Assembly: GCA_963822965.1 (NCBI GenBank)
Contig: CAWGJT010000005.1
Location: 896,001-960,000 of the forward strand
Length of the DNA stretch: 64,000 bases
Direction of reading: 5' to 3'
Origin: an uncultured delta proteobacterium
Lineage (GTDB): Bacteria; Myxococcota_A; UBA9160; UBA4427
In this document: positions 57,783 to 64,000 of the stretch, one piece after another
How positions within the stretch are numbered: position 1 is the stretch's first letter
Layout of the letters: each line of letters starts with the position of its first letter
Position numbers and translations under genes: made by a program
The notes under the pieces: model-generated
The model's input: the letters and a program-made list of their open reading frames with translations, nothing else
The model's database searches: none
What the model was told of the DNA's origin: nothing

Positions 57783-57952
57783 GACGTTCTCCCGCTCTCG
57801 CCTGCCGGGTTCGAGGCAGCCGACCCGGAGGAACAGGGTAGACCGGATCCACCGGCGGCTGGCAACCCGGCCGGCCCCGGCGTAGCGTGCCTCGGCGGAG
57901 CGCCCGCAAATCCCGTGGGCGCGGCAGCAAAAGCAGCAGGAGGGGGGATCGG

Positions 57953-58732
57953 ATGGCACGTCTCAGCCAGCTCAGCCGCTCGGTGGTCGGCAAGGTGGTC
58001 TTCGTCACCGGTGCGGCCAGCGGCATGGGCCGCGCCACCGCTGAGCTCTTCGCCGACGAAGGCGCGCGCGTGATCGTCACCGACGTCGCCCGCGAAGGCG
58101 CCGAGGCGACCGCGACCACCATCCGCGACGCGGGGGGCGACGCCCGGGCCTGGACGCTCGACGTCTCGGACCGGGCCGCCATCGAGCGGGTGGTGCAGGC
58201 GGCGGCCGGCGAGATGGGCGGCCTCGACGTGCTCGTCAACAACGCGGGCGTGGCGATCGGAGCGCCCATCGAGTCCGACGGCTACGAGGAGGTCTGGCAG
58301 CGCGCCCTCGACGTCATGCTGACCGCCCATGCCCGGCTCGTCCGGCAGTCCCTGTCCTTCCTGAAGCAGAGCAGCGGGGGACGCGTCATCAACGTGGCCT
58401 CCACGGAAGCCCTCGGGGCCACCCTGGGCACCGGACCCTACACGGTGGCGAAGCACGGGGTGGTGGGGCTCACCCGGGCGCTGGCGCTCGAGCTCGCTCC
58501 TCACAACATCACGGTGAACTGCGTGTGCCCCGGCCCCATTCTCACGGGCATGACGAGCGCCATCCCGGACACGGACCGGGAGAAGTTCGCACGCCGGCGG
58601 GTTCCCCTGCGCCGCTACGGCGCGCCCGAAGAGGTCGCGCACATGATCCTGAACCTGTCGCTTCCGGCCTCGTCCTTCGTGACGGGCGCGACGATCCCCG
58701 TGGACGGCGGGCTCACGATCCAGAACACCTGA
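57953..58732 (+). CDS. SDR family oxidoreductase
   Basis: TGAASGMG, NNAG, YTVAK, VDGG. Confidence 0.93.
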   Translation: MARLSQLSRSVVGKVVFVTGAASGMGRATAELFADEGARVIVTDVAREGAEATATTIRDAGGDARAWTLDVSDRAAIERVVQAAAGEMGGLDVLVNNAGVAIGAPIESDGYEEVWQRALDVMLTAHARLVRQSLSFLKQSSGGRVINVASTEALGATLGTGPYTVAKHGVVGLTRALALELAPHNITVNCVCPGPILTGMTSAIPDTDREKFARRRVPLRRYGAPEEVAHMILNLSLPASSFVTGATIPVDGGLTIQNT

Positions 58733-58741
58733 GTCTCGCCC

Positions 58742-59680
58742 TCACTGCGATCGGGCCCCCAGCCTTCGGAAGAGCGCCTCCAGGTGGGACCGGGGCAGGA
58801 AGCTCAGCACCGCCGGCGCCACCGTGAAGCCCCACCAGCCGACGTTCGTCAGCAGCTCGAGGCCGGCGTGCATGGCCAGCAGCGCGTAGGCCACGAACAC
58901 GCCGACCCGCGGCACCCACAGCAGGAAGGGCGCCGCGGGCTCGAGCACGAAGACCCCCCAGGTCGCCAGCCGCAGCACGGGCTTGAAGGGCGCCCAGTCG
59001 ATCACGAGCCGGCTGTGCAGTGCGTCCGTCACCGCGGTGAAGACCGTCTGCCCCGCGAGCCAGCCACTCGAGTGGATGCGCGACCAGCCGACCGTGAAGT
59101 ACATGGCGCACACGTGCACCTGCAGCAGCCGCAGCGGCCAGGCGGGCGCCTCCCACTCCGACACGAGCGGCGCCGGCGCGCCGGTGCGCCGGCGCGCGAG
59201 CCAGGCATCCAGCGAGAAGAAGTCTCCGGCGCGCGAGAGCAGCACGTAGAGCATGAAGCCCTGCATCAACGCCGGCCAGCCCCAGTAGGCCAGGGGCAGG
59301 CGCAGCTTGTAGAAGTAGAGATGGATCGTCCACACGATCCAGCCGGTGAGGCGGGTGCGGTAGCCCGCCGCGAAGCAGAGCGCGCAGGCGAGCGCCAGCG
59401 CGTAGAGGACCGAGAGTGCCACCGGCCCGGGCGCCGGCCAGTGGAGGCCGAGGGCGTCGTAGATCGCCTGGAAGATCGTGCCGCTGGGCACGAGCTGCTG
59501 GAAGAAGGCCGGCCCGCCGAGCCCATCGGCGCCGTAGAGCATGGCGGCGTCGGGCAGTCGCACCGCGTAGCACAGGAAGAGGACGCTGCCGAAGACGATG
59601 CGGCCCGCCACCAGGGCGTGGACGGGCTGCGGATCGAAGAGCCAGCCCTGGGTCGCCCGGTAGGCCCGGCCCGGGGTCAC
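58742..59680 (-). CDS. HTTM domain membrane protein
   Basis: GYRTR, FSLDA, WPLRLLQ....MYF..G..R....W..G. Confidence 0.78.
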   Translation of the reverse strand: MTPGRAYRATQGWLFDPQPVHALVAGRIVFGSVLFLCYAVRLPDAAMLYGADGLGGPAFFQQLVPSGTIFQAIYDALGLHWPAPGPVALSVLYALALACALCFAAGYRTRLTGWIVWTIHLYFYKLRLPLAYWGWPALMQGFMLYVLLSRAGDFFSLDAWLARRRTGAPAPLVSEWEAPAWPLRLLQVHVCAMYFTVGWSRIHSSGWLAGQTVFTAVTDALHSRLVIDWAPFKPVLRLATWGVFVLEPAAPFLLWVPRVGVFVAYALLAMHAGLELLTNVGWWGFTVAPAVLSFLPRSHLEALFRRLGARSQ

Positions 59681-60300
59681 CGCCACGACGGCGTCCCCCA
59701 GAGCCCCTGCATCTCCGCGTCGCTCGGCTCCCATCGGCGCTGGCCCAGGGAGCCGTCCGCGCACGCGTACGAGAAGAAGAGGCCGTCGTGCCGCAGCACC
59801 TTCCCGGTGTCGTAGTGCTTGTAGTACCAGATCCAGGCCACGTCGACGCCGTCCGGGGCTTCGCCCTGCGCCCCGCGCGGGGCGAGGCAGAAGCTGCGCC
59901 CGATGGCGCGCACAAAGGCGTCGGCGGCCTCGCCGTCGCCGCGGAGCGACAGCGTGTAGGCGCTCGAGAGCATGCGGTGCAGGGCCCGGTCGACGGGCGG
60001 AAGCCGCGGGTGGAAGCCTTCGAAGTGGCACTTCCCGTCGGCCGGGAAGAGCAGATCACCGCTTCCGGAGGTGCTCCAGGCCCGCACGTAGAGGCAGAAG
60101 GCGTGCTGCTTCCAGGGGCTCGCGTCCGTGTGGAAGAGGGGCTGCCCGGCGCTCATCCCCAGCAGGCGGAGCGCGGAGACCGACAGGTCGTGCGCGCCGT
60201 CGAGCCCGAGCCAACCCGGTCGCACCTCGGGCGTCCAGCCGGCCAGCGCGACGATCGCGATCCAGGCCAGCGCCAGGGGAGTTCCGACTCGGCGACCCAT
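59677..60300 (-). CDS. Hypothetical protein coupled to the HTTM gene
   Basis: 4-bp overlap; N-terminal hydrophobic segment. Confidence 0.55.
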   Translation of the reverse strand: MGRRVGTPLALAWIAIVALAGWTPEVRPGWLGLDGAHDLSVSALRLLGMSAGQPLFHTDASPWKQHAFCLYVRAWSTSGSGDLLFPADGKCHFEGFHPRLPPVDRALHRMLSSAYTLSLRGDGEAADAFVRAIGRSFCLAPRGAQGEAPDGVDVAWIWYYKHYDTGKVLRHDGLFFSYACADGSLGQRRWEPSDAEMQGLWGTPSWR

Positions 60301-60303
60301 CGC

Positions 60304-62217
60304 TCAATCGCCGGCCCGGTACCAGATGGGCGAGCTCCAGGCCCGTTCCTGGATCGTCTTCGGGAAGCGTTCGTCGCAGCAGCCCTCCAGGCCCGGGTCG
60401 ATGGTGTCCGGGTCGTCGCAGTCGACGCCGGCCTCCGCGCACACCCATCCGTTCCAGCGGCACGAGGGATTCTCGAGCACCCGCGCGTAGTAGAGGGCGT
60501 GGTGGGACGGGTCGAAGTCGGGGTCTCGCCAGACGCTGCAGAGCGCGTCGGCGCCGCTGCCGCGGGGCGTGCAGGTGGCGAGGTCCACCGAGGCGTCGTC
60601 GGGCCCGCCGGCCACGTCGAAGACGCGTGTCCGGGCCTGGCCGTCCTGCTCCCAGGCCTTGACGATCTGCACCCGCTGCAGCAGGCCGCCGGGCGACCCC
60701 GCCACGCCGGGATCCCGCAGCGCCGAAACCGCGAAGACCGGCGCGCCGGCGTCCGCCGGGCGAGCCGGCAGATCGCCGCCCATCGGCACGCCCCGGGCGT
60801 AGCCCACTGCCGCGAAGTCCGGCTGGCGGCACAGGTCCGCCGGGTAGTCCCAGCCGCCGAAGAGGCGGACCACCATGCGCGGGCCACTGGTCGCGTAGGC
60901 CTCGCGCCGCTTCATGGCTTCGAAGAGGGCGTCCCGCGAGTTCTCCTCGGCCCACAGCACCGCCAGGCCGCCGGGGTTGTACCAGAGCGAGTCGGGCATC
61001 GGCGGGGTCTCGAGCCGATGCGTCACGATGCCGGCGGCGTGGCCCACGAAGCCGCGCTCCGAGACCATCCCCGGTGCCGCCAGGTGCGTGTCCGTCGAGC
61101 CGATCAGGCCGAACGCGAAGGGGTTCGCGCCCACGCGCCGCAGCTCGACGAGCCCCTGGGCCAGCGCGTCGCGGACGTAGCTGCTGGGCGGGACGGGCGT
61201 GCCCGGGAGCAGGCTCGTCGTCTCCTCGCCCAGCTTCGCATAGGGCAGCTTCTCGTAGCGGCAGAGCTCGTCCTGGGAGTTCATCCCGCATTCCGAGTCG
61301 CCCTTGTGCTGGGTCACCTCGACGAGTCGTTCGAGCCGCGCCCGACGCAGGGCGTCCGCCCGGGTGATGGGCGTGCCGTCCTCCCGCACGGTCTGGAACA
61401 TCAGGCCGTTGCTCACGTTCGAGTTGTGGGGAATCGCGATGGCCTCGCAGCCGTCGCCGCGATCCAGGCACTCGCGCTCGAGCGCCTGCCACAGGCCTTC
61501 GGGAGTGGGGGTGTCGACGTAGTCGGTCGGCAGCGCCTGGTGCTGGTCGTTGCGGAAGATCACGTTGCGGTGGATGTTCTGGCCGTCCGGCATGCCCGTC
61601 CACTCGTAGGCGATGAACGTGGTGAACGAGCAGGCCGCGCTGCGATCGTAGTGGGCCTGGGCCGCGGCCACGATCTCGTCCCAGGGCTTTCGGGCGGCCT
61701 CGCGGCAGCCGGCGCCGCCCTCGCCGCAGAACGAGTAGCGGGGCTCGCCCACCGCCTGGTAGACCCGGCTGTTCACCACCATGTAGCCGAGCTTCGGGAA
61801 CTCGCGGTTGATCCAGCACACCAGCGAGTCATAGCCGACGGCGCCCGGTGTCTGGCAGATCCGGGTCTCGCCCAGCAGCTCGGCGTGATCGGTCACGGCG
61901 GCGAAGTCGAGGGGGCGCGCGAGCTGGATCATCCGGGCGGGGCGGCCGGCGGCGTCGTAGGGCTGCATGCCGATCGCCTCGCCTTTCGCGAAGCGATAGG
62001 CGTCCGCCGGGCGTCCGCGGGTGCCCTGTCCCCAGGCGTCGAACGAGAGCGCCGTGTGAACGTGCAGGTCGCCGAAGAAGGGCTGCCGCACGGGGTCCCG
62101 GCTCGCGCACGGCTCCCGCTCCTCGCCCGGCTGGGCGTTCGCCGTCCCCGCCAGCGCAAGCACCGTTGCCAGCGCGCGGACGATCGCGCCGCCCGCAGCC
62201 CGCACCCCGACCCTCAC
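60304..62217 (-). CDS. DUF3604 domain protein (PHP-like)
   Basis: [46 protein letters not shown]. Confidence 0.88.
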   Translation of the reverse strand: MRVGVRAAGGAIVRALATVLALAGTANAQPGEEREPCASRDPVRQPFFGDLHVHTALSFDAWGQGTRGRPADAYRFAKGEAIGMQPYDAAGRPARMIQLARPLDFAAVTDHAELLGETRICQTPGAVGYDSLVCWINREFPKLGYMVVNSRVYQAVGEPRYSFCGEGGAGCREAARKPWDEIVAAAQAHYDRSAACSFTTFIAYEWTGMPDGQNIHRNVIFRNDQHQALPTDYVDTPTPEGLWQALERECLDRGDGCEAIAIPHNSNVSNGLMFQTVREDGTPITRADALRRARLERLVEVTQHKGDSECGMNSQDELCRYEKLPYAKLGEETTSLLPGTPVPPSSYVRDALAQGLVELRRVGANPFAFGLIGSTDTHLAAPGMVSERGFVGHAAGIVTHRLETPPMPDSLWYNPGGLAVLWAEENSRDALFEAMKRREAYATSGPRMVVRLFGGWDYPADLCRQPDFAAVGYARGVPMGGDLPARPADAGAPVFAVSALRDPGVAGSPGGLLQRVQIVKAWEQDGQARTRVFDVAGGPDDASVDLATCTPRGSGADALCSVWRDPDFDPSHHALYYARVLENPSCRWNGWVCAEAGVDCDDPDTIDPGLEGCCDERFPKTIQERAWSSPIWYRAGD

Positions 62218-62612
62218 CAGTAGAGCTCCAGCAGGCGCGCGTGCGCCGAGGTGTCGTGGAACTGGCTGTCGTAGAGGTGTGCGGTGCTCGCCAGGACGAG
62301 CAGGCCGAGCGCCAGGACGAGCGCCACCGGGCCGCGTGCCGGGGCCTGCAGGCGCGCCAGCAGCGGCACCGCCACGAACCGCGTCGCGAGCCCGAGGGCC
62401 AGGCCGTAGACGAGGGCGTGGGCCAGCAGCAGCCCCGCGATCACCCCCACCACGCCGCCCGGGCCCTCGCGTACGATCAGTGCCACCAGCACGGTCCCGA
62501 GCTCGAGGTAGCGCGCCGCGGGAACCAGGCTGCCCGGGAGCCCCAGCATCGGCAGCGGCACGCTGAGGAACGCCGCGGCGAAGAGGATCCCGGCGGCGAC
62601 CCGCGTGCTCAC
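62214..62612 (-). CDS. Hypothetical membrane protein
   Basis: 132 aa, hydrophobic, in operon. Confidence 0.6.
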   Translation of the reverse strand: MSTRVAAGILFAAAFLSVPLPMLGLPGSLVPAARYLELGTVLVALIVREGPGGVVGVIAGLLLAHALVYGLALGLATRFVAVPLLARLQAPARGPVALVLALGLLVLASTAHLYDSQFHDTSAHARLLELYW

Positions 62613-62621
62613 CGTCCGGGT

Positions 62622-63746
62622 CTACTCGGGCTGCAGGGCATTCAGCCGCTCGACGCTGTCGAGGTATTCCTCGACCAGGCTCAGGATGACCTCGCGGGTG
62701 GAGCGCACGTTCTTCATCATGCCGACGACCTGGCCGACGGGATTGAAGGCCACCTTCTGGGCCTCCGCGGACGACGCGTAGCGACTCGTGCGCGAGATGG
62801 CGTCCATGGCCACCATGTTCTGCAGGGGCATGCCCAGCGGGTCCGGCGTGTCGTCGCGCTCCCAGGCCTCGGTCCAGTCGTTGCGGAGCATGCGGCAGGG
62901 CTTGCCGGTCCACGAGCGGGAACGCACCGTGTCCTGGCTCGTGGCGTCGAGATAGGACGCCATCTGGGCCGGCGGGCACTCGGCCTCCTGCACGGTGAGC
63001 CAGATCGAGCCCGTCCACACGCCCTGGGCGCCCATGGCCAGGGCCGCGGCCATCTGTCGTCCCGAGCCGATGCCGCCGGCGGCCAGCACCGGCAGCGGCG
63101 CCACCGCCTCGATGATCTGCGGCCACAGCACCATGCTGCCGATCTCGCCGGTGTGCCCTCCCCCTTCGGTGCCCTGGGCGATCACGAAATCGAGGCCCGC
63201 CTGCTTGTGGCGGACCGCCTGGTGGACCTTTCCGCAGAGCGCGCCGATCAGGCGCCCGCTCTCGTGCACCTTCTCGATCACGTCGGCCGGCGGCGTGCCC
63301 AGGGCGTTCGCGATGACCCGCACCTTCTCGTGCTTCAGCGCCACCTCGAGCTGGGGTGCGGCCGTCGCCAGGCTCATGCCGAGCAGCTCGTGGTGTCGCT
63401 CGCCCTCCGGAATCTCGGGCACCCCGTGGTCGGCCAGCAGCTTGGCGGCAAACTCCCGGTGCTGCGGCGGGATGGCCGCCCGCAGCTGCTCCTCGAGCTT
63501 CTCGGGATCGAGCTCGCCCATTCCCTCGTACCTCTGCGGGATCACCAGGTCGACGCCGTACGGCTTGTCTCCAATGTGCTCGTCGATCCACTTGCACTCG
63601 ATCTCGAGCTGCTCGGGCGAAAAGCCCACCGCACCGAGCACGCCGAAGCCGCCGGCCTGGGACACCGCGACGACGACGTCCCGGCAGTGGGTGAAGGCGA
63701 AGATCGGAAACTCGATGCCGAGCTTGCGACAGATTTCGGTCTGCAT
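62622..63746 (-). CDS. Nitronate monooxygenase / FabK-like flavoprotein
   Basis: [35 protein letters not shown]. Confidence 0.9.
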   Translation of the reverse strand: MQTEICRKLGIEFPIFAFTHCRDVVVAVSQAGGFGVLGAVGFSPEQLEIECKWIDEHIGDKPYGVDLVIPQRYEGMGELDPEKLEEQLRAAIPPQHREFAAKLLADHGVPEIPEGERHHELLGMSLATAAPQLEVALKHEKVRVIANALGTPPADVIEKVHESGRLIGALCGKVHQAVRHKQAGLDFVIAQGTEGGGHTGEIGSMVLWPQIIEAVAPLPVLAAGGIGSGRQMAAALAMGAQGVWTGSIWLTVQEAECPPAQMASYLDATSQDTVRSRSWTGKPCRMLRNDWTEAWERDDTPDPLGMPLQNMVAMDAISRTSRYASSAEAQKVAFNPVGQVVGMMKNVRSTREVILSLVEEYLDSVERLNALQPE

Positions 63747-63893
63747 CGAAGAGTGCTCCCTGGAACGCGCGGATGGACGAGACGGTGCGAGGGTCGTGAC
63801 GCAGCACGGGACGGGCTCGCAACCGGGCGTTGGAGGATAACACCGAAGCCCGCGGAGCGAGGCTGCTGGGACGGTGCCGCGGCTGAAACGGGT

Positions 63894-64000
63894 TCAGCCC
63901 CGAACCAGCACCGTGGCCACCGTGCACAGCGCGTCGTCGCTCGGCGACGCGGCACCCGAGTCGGAGACGGCCACGTGCAGCAGCGCCTCGCCGTCCACGC
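63894..64000 (-). CDS. 3' end of a gene entering from beyond the window (possibly hotdog/thioesterase fold)
   Basis: Open frame [13 protein letters not shown]...[15 protein letters not shown]. Confidence 0.35.
   Translation of the reverse strand, partial: VDGEALLHVAVSDSGAASPSDDALCTVATVLVRG

Overview
High-GC bacterial chromosomal segment; the gene content suggests Myxococcota/delta-proteobacteria (inference). The sequence has scattered 1-bp indels typical of a long-read assembly. About 18-64 kb is ordinary metabolic and envelope genes: RND pump, pyk, P450, TamA/TamB, AsmA, GH78, DUF3604 and others. The notable part is ~5.4-17.5 kb, a minus-strand integron gene-cassette array with 6 complete ~130-bp attC sites (one interrupted), 2 degenerate ones and an attI-like site, but no intI in the window. 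Five IS110-family insertions of three unrelated types sit in the array, all precisely in attC core boxes. The non-coding end of each type contains short segments matching both the attC target and the element's own circle junction, i.e. readable bridge/seek-RNA guides programmed against attC. Types A and B use the same AG/CT dinucleotide of the R' box in opposite orientations and are stacked at one site; type C cuts the R'' box. Every complete attC also carries a TGnTAnnnT extended -10 motif 44-46 nt from R'', facing the next cassette. One cassette appears duplicated together with the IS it carries.
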